A stretch of 64,000 nucleotides of DNA from assembly GCA_024278215.1 (NCBI GenBank), contig JAJRTR010000124.1, positions 1 through 64,000 of the forward strand, in the 5' to 3' direction. Below the pieces are notes generated by a model, which saw nothing but the letters and a program-made list of their open reading frames with translations, was not told the DNA's origin and made no database searches. A program made the position numbers and the translations under genes. This stretch comes from a bacterium. GTDB lineage: Bacteria; UBP15; UBA6099; JAJRTR01. This document shows positions 8,967 to 20,100 of the stretch, one piece after another (the stretch's first letter is position 1; every line of letters starts with the position of its first letter).

Positions 8967-11261
8967 TCAGTAAACGAAAACGCCGCCGTAGACGGGTGCG
9001 GCGTGATACCCTTTGCGTGTATATTTGTCGATGAATTCCTGCTGTGCCCTGATGCGTGCTTTCTGTATCTCGACGGTTGCGGCAAAGTCGTACTCGTCGC
9101 CGAGCCATTTGCCGACGGGCGGCACAGGCAGGAATACGGTCGTCCGGCCCGGCACCAGCTCCGGCTGCTCGGGAACTACCAGCGTTTTTTTAAAAAGCGG
9201 CGCGAGATCGTTCTCGACCAGCGGCGCATTTCTCGCTGTCTTGACGACCATGAGTATTTCACGTTTTTCCTCGGGTATCCGCGGCACGAAGAGTTCGGCC
9301 TGTATCTTCGAGACCTGCGGCCTGGCTTTGCTGAACGGCTCGAACATCTTCGAGATGTTCCACACGATAAGCAGCGCGAAAAACAGGACGATCGCCGCGA
9401 TGGGCAGCGATTTTTTCATAAAACCGACGCGGTTGTAAGAGAACACGAAGAAGATGGCGAGCAACAGATATAACAGAACACCCGCCGGGGTGCTGTGCGA
9501 TATTTTCGACAGCAGCTTGTATACCGGCGGCGAAATCTCGAAATTGAAGCGGTTGGACAGGAAGTAGTTCGCGGGATTGAGTTTGCTGATGTAATAGTCC
9601 TGCGGATCGTCGAGATATTGCGCGAGTCGTGCGGGGTCTATCTTGAAAAGAGAGATAAACTTGCCACGCGCGACGCGGTCGGCGAATGGGAGGTCGGGGA
9701 AGAGGTCGCCGGGCCAGACCTGTGTATATATGAGATATTTCATATCGTATTTCTTTAAGACAGTAGCGACGACACGCATGTCGCCCCAGGGCACTGCGCC
9801 GGTGGGCCTGTGGCAGATGAAGTGAGTCGAGAAGAAGGGATAAGTCATGATAGTGTCGTCGGGGCCGGTCTTGCGCTTGAGGTAGTCGCAGGTGGTCTCG
9901 AGTTCGTGTATCCTGCTGTCGCGCGGCGGCTGGAGTGTTCGGACCGCGTTGAAAATGAGCGCCGGCATCGAGTCGCTCAAAAGTATGAATATCACGAGCC
10001 CCATCGCCAGCTTCAGCGAATTAATACCGGAGAAATGTTTTTTGAGCCAGTCGAACGAATACCTCATGCCCTGAGCGGCCACGAGGAAAACAAGCGGCAT
10101 AACGCACAGAAGATACCTGTCGGAATAGATAGCCATCCCCGTGTGCAGCGCTATCTGGAAGCATACTATCAGAAACGCCAGGCTGACATCCGGTCGCAGC
10201 CGCGAAAACAACAATCCGAGCAGAAAAAACGGAAACACCAGGAATCCGAATGCCTGAAAAATCCCGGGTTGATAAAATATGCCCGTCTCCCTGCCGAAGA
10301 TCACCATCTTCGTATTTGTGCGGATGACCTGCATGATGCTCGCGAGGTGTTCGCGAAGCGGCGGGTGCTTTTCCAGTGGCGGCGATTCGTTGTAGGCGCT
10401 GTAGTTGAAGATGATCCCGAAGAGGTCGCCCCTGTCGAAGCGCTCGCGCACGACTGTTCCGGACGGACTGTACGCGCGCGACACTCCCACGAACTGTTCC
10501 GTGTACAGCGGCGAGCCGAAAAGCATCCAGGCCCTCAGCAGAAACGGCACCACGAGCAGACCCGCTGCAGCGAATAGTTTCAGTGCTGGAATACCGAACA
10601 GTTGTTTGCGCCTGAAGAGCATCAGCCACACAAGTGCCGAGGGGATCAACATGATGCTGTTTCGCTTGAACGAAAACGCGAGTCCCATCAACAGTCCCGC
10701 TACAATATACCGCTCCTCGACAAGCATCAATATGAAGAAAAGGTACATCATCATCTGCCAGACTTCCGGCAGTCCGGGGTCCATAAATGTATACTGGCGC
10801 AGCACACTGGGCGACAACATTATGAGCAGCGCTGCGATGAATCCTGTCTCCTGCGAGAACATGCGCTTGCCCACACGGTATGTGACAAGCGGCAACAGGA
10901 ACAGACCGATGAATGAAGGGACCAGAAACGCCCACTGGCTCGTGCGGAATACGGCATAGAATGGAATGAGAAAATAAACATAGAGATTGGCGCGCAGGGC
11001 GGGCGGATGGGGCAGAGGCTGGTCTTTGACAGTATAAGTACGCAGCAGGTCCTCGCGCATGTGCCCGGTCTCGAAAATGCTGCGGGCTATGCCGACGTAT
11101 TCGAAAGAGTCGCCATCGTGGACGGGAGCGCGCGCCTGAACAAATAGGTGGAATACGCAAAATATGAAAGACAGGATAATAAGAGTACGCCAGTAGCGGT
11201 CTTTCTGCTCGGCGTTTTTCGCAGCAAGTTCAGCAGTCGGGTTGTTTTTTGCAGTTTCCAT
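8967..11261 (-). CDS. GT-C fold glycosyltransferase (ArnT/PMT, GT39-like)
   Basis: Acidic D.DS.EY motif after TM1, many TM helices, G...GLA..FK motif. Confidence 0.7.
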   Translation of the reverse strand: METAKNNPTAELAAKNAEQKDRYWRTLIILSFIFCVFHLFVQARAPVHDGDSFEYVGIARSIFETGHMREDLLRTYTVKDQPLPHPPALRANLYVYFLIPFYAVFRTSQWAFLVPSFIGLFLLPLVTYRVGKRMFSQETGFIAALLIMLSPSVLRQYTFMDPGLPEVWQMMMYLFFILMLVEERYIVAGLLMGLAFSFKRNSIMLIPSALVWLMLFRRKQLFGIPALKLFAAAGLLVVPFLLRAWMLFGSPLYTEQFVGVSRAYSPSGTVVRERFDRGDLFGIIFNYSAYNESPPLEKHPPLREHLASIMQVIRTNTKMVIFGRETGIFYQPGIFQAFGFLVFPFFLLGLLFSRLRPDVSLAFLIVCFQIALHTGMAIYSDRYLLCVMPLVFLVAAQGMRYSFDWLKKHFSGINSLKLAMGLVIFILLSDSMPALIFNAVRTLQPPRDSRIHELETTCDYLKRKTGPDDTIMTYPFFSTHFICHRPTGAVPWGDMRVVATVLKKYDMKYLIYTQVWPGDLFPDLPFADRVARGKFISLFKIDPARLAQYLDDPQDYYISKLNPANYFLSNRFNFEISPPVYKLLSKISHSTPAGVLLYLLLAIFFVFSYNRVGFMKKSLPIAAIVLFFALLIVWNISKMFEPFSKARPQVSKIQAELFVPRIPEEKREILMVVKTARNAPLVENDLAPLFKKTLVVPEQPELVPGRTTVFLPVPPVGKWLGDEYDFAATVEIQKARIRAQQEFIDKYTRKGYHAAPVYGGVFVY

Positions 11262-11461
11262 GAAATGTGGGTCCACTTGTTCAGGCTGTGATGAATTATA
11301 GATGCAACAGGGCAGAGAACGCAATCGGCGACCGGTCCTTTGTAATCCAACCACACAGCGGAATCAGTTTTATTATTCCGCAAACAGTTCAGGAAAACGA
11401 TATGAAACAAGCAGTTGCCTGTATTAGACGCCCAAATACCGTTTACTTAATGCTTTTTACG

Positions 11462-11529
11462 ACAGGCGAGACGCCTGTCGTACCTGCCGCGATGCTGTGA
11501 GATACAGTAGCACAGGCGTCCCGCCTGTG
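11462..11529. repeat. Inverted pair of GTAG-type REP-like palindromes (family C)
   Basis: ACAGGCGAGACGCCTGTCGTAC ... GTAGCACAGGCGTCCCGCCTGTG. Confidence 0.6.
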
Positions 11530-11566
11530 GCTGGGCATGACCTTAAGTAAACAGTGTTGGTATTAG

Positions 11567-11741
11567 CCCGCATATTTCACCAGTGCGGGCCAAAAATCGG
11601 GAGAATGCCTGTAATATAAGGCGTGGCAAGTGAGTAGTGCGGGAGCATACTGCAGGTATGTGACCAATCCCGAATCGCCGCCGCAACGCAGTATAACAGG
11701 CGTTATAGCGATTTTCCGGATTTCTTTGTGAGAAATCCGGG
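11567..11741 (+). mobile_element. MITE family B, full-length copy (175 bp)
   Basis: Ends CCCGCATATTTCAC / GTGAGAAATCCGGG, flanked by TTAG on both sides (11563-11566, 11742-11745); central CATAC-TGCAG-GTATG hairpin. Confidence 0.75.
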
Positions 11742-11767
11742 TTAGCTGAACATATATATTTGGACAC

Positions 11768-11796
11768 TTGTTTAAATGCCGGTTGGTAGTTATAAT
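11768..11796 (+). promoter_or_regulatory. Putative sigma70 promoter of the hybrid kinase
   Basis: TTGTTT-17 bp-TATAAT followed by an AT-rich leader. Confidence 0.5.
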
Positions 11797-11865
11797 GAGT
11801 ATGCAGGGTGAATGAATGTAATAATTTAACAGAATAATATAAATAATACTAATAATTGATGGACA

Positions 11866-13521
11866 GTGTTGAAGAAACCGAGTAAAAAGAGTGAGTTAAA
11901 GAGCAGAGAATGTCTCGAAGCGGCATATAATCGTGTCGTAGAAGAGAACAAAAGACTGCGCGAACTCGTCAATCTGCAAGAATTCCGGATTCAGTCGGGC
12001 ATAGATTCTCACCTCATCACAGCAGATATATTCCAGACAATCGTCAACTCAACAGAAGATGGAATAATGATAGAAGACGAAGAGGGGACTGTCATTTTTG
12101 CCAATGGCGGATTTGTAAAGATGCTGGGTTATGACAGCAGCGGCGAGGTTATCGGCAGAAAGTGGACGGATTTTTTCTCATATCATACAGAGAGAAAAAC
12201 CGGCGCGGGGCTGGAAACTGTCGAATGTATGCTGACGCGAAAAGACAGCACGAAAATGCCGGTGATTGTTACAAACTCCGCATATTATAAAAGTGGGGAC
12301 TACACGGGGGTTCTTACTTTTATCAAAGATATCAGAAATCGCAAAGACCTCGAGGAGAAAGAGTTGCGCCTCACGCAACGCGCGTCCCACATACAGAAGA
12401 TGGAAGCGCTGGTGACACTTGCAAGCGGCATTGTGCACGACTTCAATAATACTATAGGAGTAATCAGGGGTTTCGCCGAGACGGGCATCTGCAAGTCCCG
12501 GGGCGGAAATAATGTCGATAGTGATCTGAAAAGCATCATTGAAGCGACACGTATGGCGGAATCGCTGGTGTCCCAACTTCTTGATTTCTCCAGAAGCGAA
12601 AACACCGAGCGGCATCCTTGCAATATCAACGATGTGGTCGAAGATATTTGTGAAATTGTCGAGAGGACATTCCCGCCTGAAATAAGTATTCGCAGCTCTC
12701 TGGCAGGAGGCTCGCTGTCATGTATGGCAGACAAGCACCAGATTCTGCAAATGCTTCTGAATATATGTATCAATGCCCGCGATGCCATGCCCGGCGGCGG
12801 CGAACTAATCATCGAATCAAATGTGGTTTCGCTTAAAGGAACGGGGTCCAATGCACCGGAAGAATTGACCGGCGGGACTTATGCGCTGATTCGAATCCAG
12901 GACACCGGAGAAGGCATTCCGGAGGATGTCAGGGCAAGAGTTTTCGAGCCGTTCTTTACGACAAAACCCGCGGGCAAGGGGTCGGGGCTCGGGCTTGCCC
13001 AGGCTTATGGAACTGTGCGTGGACACGGCGGCTCGATACGAATCCATTCTGTCGAGGGCACCGGGACAACAGTTGAAATTTACCTGCCGGTTCAGCCTGA
13101 AACCGGTGATAATGAAAAGATGCCGAAGGGCAAAAAGATCAAAGCTGCTTCCGCTGCGCACGGCCTCACACTGCTTGCCATAGACGACAACCGGCTTATG
13201 TTGAGCCTTGTAAAGAATATTGCATCCCTGAACGGCATAAACCTCTACACTGCCGGCAACGCGGAGACCGGATTGAGGATGGCCCGTGAGCGGGCGAACG
13301 AAATAGACGTTGTTATTGTCGATCAGCGGCTTTCAGGAACAAGCGGACTTGACCTTTGCCGCGAACTTAAAAAGCTGGACAGCAATATTAAAATCGTACT
13401 GTTTTCAGGCAATGAACCGGGCAACCTCATTGTCGGCCCGGGCGCTCTGTCTGACGCCTTCCTGAAAAAACCTTTCACTGCTGATAAATTCATATCGACC
13501 ATAACGGCTCTTGTCGAATAG
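11866..13521 (+). CDS. Hybrid sensor histidine kinase (PAS-HisKA-HATPase-REC)
   Basis: H-box GIVHDFNN, N-box NARDAM, DTGEG, FEPFFTTK, GSGLGL; receiver IDD...VIVD...KPF. Confidence 0.92.
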   Translation: MLKKPSKKSELKSRECLEAAYNRVVEENKRLRELVNLQEFRIQSGIDSHLITADIFQTIVNSTEDGIMIEDEEGTVIFANGGFVKMLGYDSSGEVIGRKWTDFFSYHTERKTGAGLETVECMLTRKDSTKMPVIVTNSAYYKSGDYTGVLTFIKDIRNRKDLEEKELRLTQRASHIQKMEALVTLASGIVHDFNNTIGVIRGFAETGICKSRGGNNVDSDLKSIIEATRMAESLVSQLLDFSRSENTERHPCNINDVVEDICEIVERTFPPEISIRSSLAGGSLSCMADKHQILQMLLNICINARDAMPGGGELIIESNVVSLKGTGSNAPEELTGGTYALIRIQDTGEGIPEDVRARVFEPFFTTKPAGKGSGLGLAQAYGTVRGHGGSIRIHSVEGTGTTVEIYLPVQPETGDNEKMPKGKKIKAASAAHGLTLLAIDDNRLMLSLVKNIASLNGINLYTAGNAETGLRMARERANEIDVVIVDQRLSGTSGLDLCRELKKLDSNIKIVLFSGNEPGNLIVGPGALSDAFLKKPFTADKFISTITALVE

Positions 13522-13570
13522 TTCCCCCCCAAAACCTTGCCAGCCACCGGAAATGAAATACTTTTCAATC

Positions 13571-13748
13571 GAGCCATTTGCGAAATTATGTTCGTAGCGA
13601 GGTCGAGCGAAATTGTCAAGAGCAAGGCGGAGGTGTAAAATCCTTGCAGGCGTACTTGTAGAGTACGTCGAGGACGATTTTACACCGACAACGCAACTAT
13701 GGACAATAACAGCCGACCTCAACAGAATCAGAATTTTGCAATCGGCTC
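13571..13748 (-). mobile_element. MITE family A, copy 2 (178 bp)
   Basis: GAGCC...GGCTC ends, target duplication AATC, reverse orientation to copy 1; lies between convergent genes. Confidence 0.85.
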
Positions 13749-13750
13749 AA

Positions 13751-15592
13751 TCACCCGGGTATATCTTTCACGGCTATTTTCCCGTTGTAGTAATAGAATC
13801 TTTTGTTTTCAATCGGGTCTCTTATTTCCACTGCCGCATCTTCAATACATATCTCGACGCCCGGATGCGCGATGCCCGCGACATCGATAAATATCCGTTC
13901 ATCGTCGGAAGTCCACTGCAGGAAAGACGCAAGCGCCTTCTCCTGCTGCTTGATCTGTTTCCGAAGCGCGGCAAGCTTCTTTTCTTCTGTTTTTTTTGCT
14001 ATTGATTTCTGTTCGGCGCGCCGCTTGATACGTTGTTTTGTCAGCGCTATTTCATTGTCCAGTTCTGCGATAAGCTTTTCGAGGTAGAGACGCTCGGAGA
14101 GAGAGCCGTCATCAGCAGGCTGCTGGATTTTCAGGACGGTTTTGTTGTGATTAGGTGAGCCGGCCGCAAAAACGCTTATCGATTGTCCGGCAGTGATATT
14201 GCTGGAGACGACCCGGTTGTTTTCCCCTGTAAGTTTTACTGACTTCGCGGCATACACTTCGCTTCCGACGATAGATGATTCGACAACAATATTCATGCCC
14301 GAATGCAGGTGGCATCTTTCGGCGAACGCGGCTGATATGTTTCTTTTCGAGACGAGAAGCGCTTTTCTGTTGCCGCGGATTCCGCCTCGTATTTCTATGC
14401 TGCTGATGTGCGAAACAACTTTTGCCGCTTCGATGTGCCCCTTTACAATTATCTTCCTGCCGGCTGTGAGCGAAAACCCGGGTCTGACATTTTCATGGAT
14501 GATGACCCGCCCTTCGAAATCGATATTGCCGGTGTCATAGCCGACTTCGGGCAAATATTGTGTCGCGTCCACGCAAATAGTGTTTTTCTTCCAGTATGCG
14601 ACACCCTCCTGAGCAGCGTGCAGACGCAGTTTGTCTTCTGAAAAATAAGTGTTTGCGCCGCCCCTGAGAAGCGACTGAGCGCCGGTTTTATACTTTATTG
14701 TTTCGCCGTAAACATTCATGCCGTCGCGCGCATTTTCGGGCATAATCAGTTCAGCAAGTATCTGGTCTTTCCGCACTTTTGAAATGTTTTCAAATTCACT
14801 GTAATCGATGTCTGGCGATTCGAGCGACTTCGGGTGAAAACTGCGTGGAGTGTCGAAGTTGATCGTGAGTCGCGCTTCTCCGCCGGGTTCCGGCACCGAA
14901 CCACACGCCGCGACAAGAAGCCTGCCCCTGATGTTTTTGTCGCCCGCCGCCCTGATAAGGGTCGAGGCGAGGCCGTGCCTGATTCCTGTTTCGGCGAGCG
15001 CCTTAAGGACACTCGCAGGATTCGCGCTCGTCGCGCCGGGGCTGATGTATAGATATGCTTTCAGCTTATCTTCCGATACGCAAATATTTATATCGTCGAT
15101 GAATGTGTGAACGACATTTCCGATCCTGACCGGCTTGCCGGGAGCGGCAATTGCTTCTTTGATAAATCCATCGGCTTTTGAAATTATACCGATGTCCCCG
15201 AGGACCTCTTTTATCTCATCCGCCACGGGTTCAGGCCGGTCATTATCAAATACGGTCAGGCACAAATCATCTCGTATCTCTTCGATCCCGAAATGCTTCG
15301 AGACGGAAAGTTCGGGAGGACTTTCCACAGTTGGTTCCGTGGACTTTTTCCTGGCAGGCGCCTGTATTTCCGACGACTCGATTTCTTTATCGATTTCGTC
15401 GATCACACCGGGAAAATCATCTACAGTGGAAGTTCTTTCCGCGATCCATTTATCGAGGTGCTGAATGCGAAACCGCGTGTATCCGCTGATGCGGACAAAG
15501 GGGAGTTTCTCGTTTTTAATCAGTTCGATAAGCTGTGTCTTACCGACACCGAGATATTCGAGCGCTTCACGTGCGGTGAGGAGATTCTTCAT
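13751..15592 (-). CDS. FapA/DUF342-family protein with N-terminal excisionase-type HTH domain
   Basis: N-terminus LLTAREALEYLGVGKTQL...LPFVRI...RF...LDKWI (HTH_17/Xis-like); body with V.EDKLKAYL, G.NVYGE.I, V.YDTGNIDF.G.V.I, beta-helix and coiled-coil features of DUF342. Confidence 0.8.
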   Translation of the reverse strand: MKNLLTAREALEYLGVGKTQLIELIKNEKLPFVRISGYTRFRIQHLDKWIAERTSTVDDFPGVIDEIDKEIESSEIQAPARKKSTEPTVESPPELSVSKHFGIEEIRDDLCLTVFDNDRPEPVADEIKEVLGDIGIISKADGFIKEAIAAPGKPVRIGNVVHTFIDDINICVSEDKLKAYLYISPGATSANPASVLKALAETGIRHGLASTLIRAAGDKNIRGRLLVAACGSVPEPGGEARLTINFDTPRSFHPKSLESPDIDYSEFENISKVRKDQILAELIMPENARDGMNVYGETIKYKTGAQSLLRGGANTYFSEDKLRLHAAQEGVAYWKKNTICVDATQYLPEVGYDTGNIDFEGRVIIHENVRPGFSLTAGRKIIVKGHIEAAKVVSHISSIEIRGGIRGNRKALLVSKRNISAAFAERCHLHSGMNIVVESSIVGSEVYAAKSVKLTGENNRVVSSNITAGQSISVFAAGSPNHNKTVLKIQQPADDGSLSERLYLEKLIAELDNEIALTKQRIKRRAEQKSIAKKTEEKKLAALRKQIKQQEKALASFLQWTSDDERIFIDVAGIAHPGVEICIEDAAVEIRDPIENKRFYYYNGKIAVKDIPG

Positions 15593-15670
15593 CGTAATGT
15601 CTCCCTGAGTTCATCGTCAAGATCAGTTTGTTTCATCGTTTCCAAGTGGACCTTGGGAACGCAGACAAAG

Positions 15671-16609
15671 TCAAATCCGAATCTCCATACCCTCGCAGGC
15701 AAGAATGATATCGAGCTCCATTTCGGGGTAAGTTCTTTCACTGTAAACCTGTGTTTTTCGAAGAATTCTTCCAAGCTTCAAGTCGTCGTATGTCGGTTAA
15801 TGGTGAAAGAGAGCCAGCCGGCGCACATTCTCGGCATGCGCAAGGTCCACACCGATAAGCGACGAGCAATGGCCCCAGTCTGTTTTCGTGAGTACGTCGC
15901 CGATTGTATACATCGTATCGAGGACAAGGAGATCAGCCTTCGCGAGATATTTTGTGTCCTCTTCCTTCGTGCTTTTCATTTCTGTGTCCGACGCATAGAC
16001 AAAAACCTTGCTGTCGAACTCGACCCTGTACCCAAAGGCTTCCCCGGGATGTGACATTTTAAACGGAATAATTTTCGCGCCGCCGATCTCGACCGTCTCG
16101 CCGGGTGTAAGGATGTTGAATGTTTTCTCAGAGGCCATAGTATCGATGGAAACGGGGAAGTGGTCGGGGGCCTGCTGTGTGGTGATCCTTTCTTCGAGCC
16201 TGTCGTGGCAGCCAAAGAAATTGATCCTGTTGCCGGGAATGAAAGCCGGTGTGAAAAAAGGGAACCCCATGATATGGTCCCAGTGTGTGTGGCTAAGAAA
16301 AATATTTACCTCACCGCCGCCGTTGCCGAACTCTGTTTTCATAAGTTCAAGACCAAGAGAGCGAATTCCGGAACCGGCGTCGAATACAAAAATGGAATCA
16401 CCGGCCCTGAGTTCTACGCACGATGTATTGCCGCCGACTGTGCCGAGATCAACTATTGATCGGCTGTCGATGAATCTTTTCACGGCAAGTTCGTCGTCCA
16501 GATCGATATTGCCGGCGTTTTTCAGTAATTGTTCGGCTTTTCTCCTGATTTGACCAGTTGTTATGGGCGTTGGGATCGACCCGCGAACTCCCCAGAATTT
16601 TATGTTCAT
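15671..16609 (-). pseudogene. MBL-fold metallo-hydrolase interrupted by an in-frame TAA
   Basis: FWGVRGS, GGNTSC, DAGSG, SHTHWDHIMG, HPG, WGH motifs. TAA at 15797-15799 in LFHH*PTYDD; the same frame continues 41 codons to ...ACEGMEIRI-TGA (15671). Confidence 0.8.
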
Positions 16610-16630
16610 GCGCAACCCTTTAGTTTACTA

Positions 16631-17128
16631 TCAATCTTCAGCCAAAAAGAAAAAGTATGTCGCTTCATCTTCTGCGAATTCCATTACCTTGCCGCATTTG
16701 GGGCATTCAAAATCAGGGGCTTCGGCGTCTTCGAAATCTTCGTCAGCGTCAAAGTGTTCCGCAATGTTGACGAGCACTTCATGTGCTTTCTTGCATTCTT
16801 CGCAATAGTAGGGCGCGTAGAAGGAAACGATCCTGCCGGGCTGGAGAAAGTTTGTGATCATAATAAGCTGATCTACAATCGCACGCGAGCATTCGACATA
16901 CTCGATGTCGCATTTGCCTGCGAGCGGCCGGATGGCGTTCACCCAGTCGCGCACACCGCATGAGTTGATTCTCGTAATGCCCCGAAGATTGATTATCAGC
17001 TTTCCCTCGGGCACATCTTTGAGGACCTCGTCCAGGTTCGTCCGCTCGTTTATCACGCCCTCGAGTGTGAGAACAACCGCTCCGTCGCGTTTTTCCTTTT
17101 TCGTCGTCAGTTGAGATTCGTTATCCAC
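16631..17128 (-). CDS. STAS-like (anti-anti-sigma) protein with C-terminal zinc ribbon
   Basis: L.G.I.E..., INLRGITRINSCGVRDW (Ser at the STAS phosphorylation position), CEEC...CPKC. Confidence 0.7.
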   Translation of the reverse strand: MDNESQLTTKKEKRDGAVVLTLEGVINERTNLDEVLKDVPEGKLIINLRGITRINSCGVRDWVNAIRPLAGKCDIEYVECSRAIVDQLIMITNFLQPGRIVSFYAPYYCEECKKAHEVLVNIAEHFDADEDFEDAEAPDFECPKCGKVMEFAEDEATYFFFLAED

Positions 17129-20100
17129 TTGACGCTCTCCCCTCGATGAAACTCAAAGTTTTTATACCCCTTTTGCGGGGTTTTGAATCACTGCCGTGGC
17201 ATAACAGGCAAACTACTTCAGTTTTTCTGTCGGGCACTACATAAAATATAAGATGATCGCACATTTTGTAAAGGTGATAGAGGCCGAGGCCGGCGCCGCC
17301 GCCGCTGTGATCGACATGTTTTTCCCTGCTGTAAATCCTTTTCTCCATGTAATCGAGTATCGTTTCCCTCGTGAGGCCGCCGAAAGGGTCCGTGACACAG
17401 ATGCCGAAGAAATCATCGTCAACCCCATATTCGACGACAGGCGCTTCTCCGTCATCCAGTACAACCCGCTGCGATCTTCGAGTGTCGGCATATTTCGGAT
17501 TGCCGTTTTTGTCACGCGGCGCATCGAACATTGCGTTCATCAGCAATTCATCGACGATGGACTTCAGCAGGTTCAGGTTATGATTGTCGAAACCGGACGC
17601 GGAAGCGAGGTCGAACAAGGGCTGCATATCGTCAATTCTTGAGAAAGTGTCGTGGGTCGACAGTTTGTTGAGCGTGGTGCCTTTTGCCATGCAGCTCGCG
17701 AGGCCGGGGTCCGTGCTGCCCGGCGCGACGATTTTTCTTATCAGACACTGCGAGATGTGCAGCGAATGTTCTCCGCCGAGCTTTACGAGTCGAAGCGGGA
17801 AACCCTGTTCGGAGATGATGGGAATCACATCTTCGAAATCTGAAGGACAAAGGAAAATCATTTCCGAGTCCGGGTTGTCGCACGCAAGTTTTGTAGCGAA
17901 CCCGAGGTCTTCCATAACGCCGCCCATGGAAACGATGCAAAGGTCACATCTTTCCGGCTGGTAGTTTTCCAGTCCATCGACCGAGTCCGGCACTTGCACG
18001 ACTTCGATCCCGTAGCCGCCAAGCTGCCAGGCGAGTTGCTTCCTGAGTTCCGGGTCGCCCGCCGCGATGATCGCATTTTCAAATGCGGCGCTCTCATTCC
18101 GGCGTGCCGCAGGGGTGTCGGTGCCGGTCCCGGAGAGGGCCGATATTTCGTTGACGCGCCCGACGACAAATGTGATGTCGTCGATCTGCGTCTCTGCGCC
18201 GTAGAAACGACCCGCGTCTCCGAGCAGGTTGTTTTTTATCGTTTCGGAGTTTCTCTTCGCGTTTTCTTCGAACACCCGCTTGAGCCTGTCCATGCCGTAT
18301 TCTTCGCCATCGGAGTTCACGCACTCGACCAAGCCGTCCGTGTACCAGAGGATAGCGTCACCCGGTTCGAGCTGCATGCGGCGCACTTTATATGAAACAG
18401 TTTTTTCGTCTCCAAGCCGCATACCACGCGCCTTGATGTATGTGGTTTTCAGTTGCTTCTTTTTGCCGAATCCGGATTCCCTGAAAATCAGCGGCAGATT
18501 ATGGCCCGCGTTCGCATAGTCCATCACGCCTGTTTCGTAATAATAGACGGAGGCGAAAAGTGTCATAACGAGCTTGCCTTCGGTGGATTCGAGTATGATC
18601 TTGTTGAGGCATCTGAGCATGAAATCGGGTGACAACGGGTCGAAGAAACCACCGCCTTCGAGCACCTGTCCGGCGCATTCTCTCTGTTTTTCCTCATCTT
18701 CGTAGGCCGAGCCGGTTCTGAATATTTCGAGAGTTTTGAAAAAGCTGTGTGTCGTCGCCGTTACGATGGCGGCCGGAACACCGTGGCCGGTGACATCCGC
18801 GATAATGATTGCGATGCGCCGGTTTTCCGGCTCGTGCACGAAGCCGTACCAGTCGCCGCCTGTTTCCGAGGCGGACTGGATGAAACCCGACAGGTCGAGG
18901 CCCGGTATTTCCGGCGGATGTTTCGGGAACAGAGTGCTCTGAATGAGTCGCGCGGTTTTGAGTTCCTCCTCCATACGTGTCTTCTCGACAGTCTGTTCGA
19001 GCAATTCGATGTTTCGGAGCGAAACGGCAACGGCAGAAGCGACGATGCCGTAAAGGTGCAGATCGGTATGGGTGAAAGGCCGGCGGTCGGGACGCCCCGC
19101 CAGTGTGATTACGCCTTTAATGTTGTCTTCGAATATCACGGGAAGCAATACGGCGGGAAGGTGTCTGTCCGTGAGCCTGTCGCCTGTGTCCTCGTCCAAC
19201 AGAACCTGGACGCCGGTTGTCGCGACTCTCGCTATCTCATGGGCAAGCGCTTCGGGCAGTTGGGCGGCCTCTGTCTTTTGCCCGTTCATTATCGAGTAAA
19301 TCTTTGGAGGCGGATCATTACGTTCAAGGATCGCGACGGAAATGACAGATGTTCCGGCGATGCTCTCGAGCGCAAGCAGCGCATTTTCCGCGAGTTGCCG
19401 CCTGTCGATAATTGTGCTGATGAGCTTTGCGGTTCGATTTATATTTTCGATAGCGTTTTCGCGTTCGGAGAGGGCGCCGCCCATGTGATTGAAAGCGTCC
19501 GCCAGCATGGCCATCTCGCCGCCGCCCCTGATGTCGACTTTATGCGCGAGGTTGCCTTTTCCGATTTCTCCGGCGCCGAAGACGAGTTTATAGAGCGGGC
19601 GTGTGACGGTCGAGGTAATGAAGAGGCCTGCCGCAACAGCAAAAATAATGCTCAATAGTATGGCGATACCAACCTGTATGCGCATCAGGTCGGCTGTGTA
19701 ATAAGCGTCCCTGCGGGGTTCCTGCACAACGACATGCCAGCCGCCTGCGGCGGAGTAGGCTGTGTAGAACGCGCCCAGCATTTCGGTGCCGTCAATATCT
19801 TTAAAGTCCGCCGCCATCTGGAATTTCCTGCCGAGCATTTTCTTCACGGCGGGAATGACTGTCATGTCTTCTCTGGAAAGTGCCCGTTGCCGGTCACTGT
19901 GCGCAACGAGCCTTCCGCTGCCGTCCACCAGATAGGCCGCGCCCGTGCCCGCCCTGCCTATTTTTTCGGACGCGAATACGTCTTCGAGTGTGTCGAGGGA
20001 TATCTCGACCCCGAGAGTTCTGCGCCCGTCCGGGAACGGACGCGCGATGGTCATGAGAAGTTTTTTACCCGATTTGTCGGAATATACATCCGAGCGAAAT

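Noticed and set aside
15589-15774. 61-aa ORF between the MBL hydrolase and HTH-FapA
   Set aside because: Overlaps the in-frame tail of the interrupted MBL gene, which explains the region better.
15797-15799. Genome-wide TAA reassignment
   Set aside because: TAA terminates well-conserved genes at their expected ends (purH RHFRH, parE).
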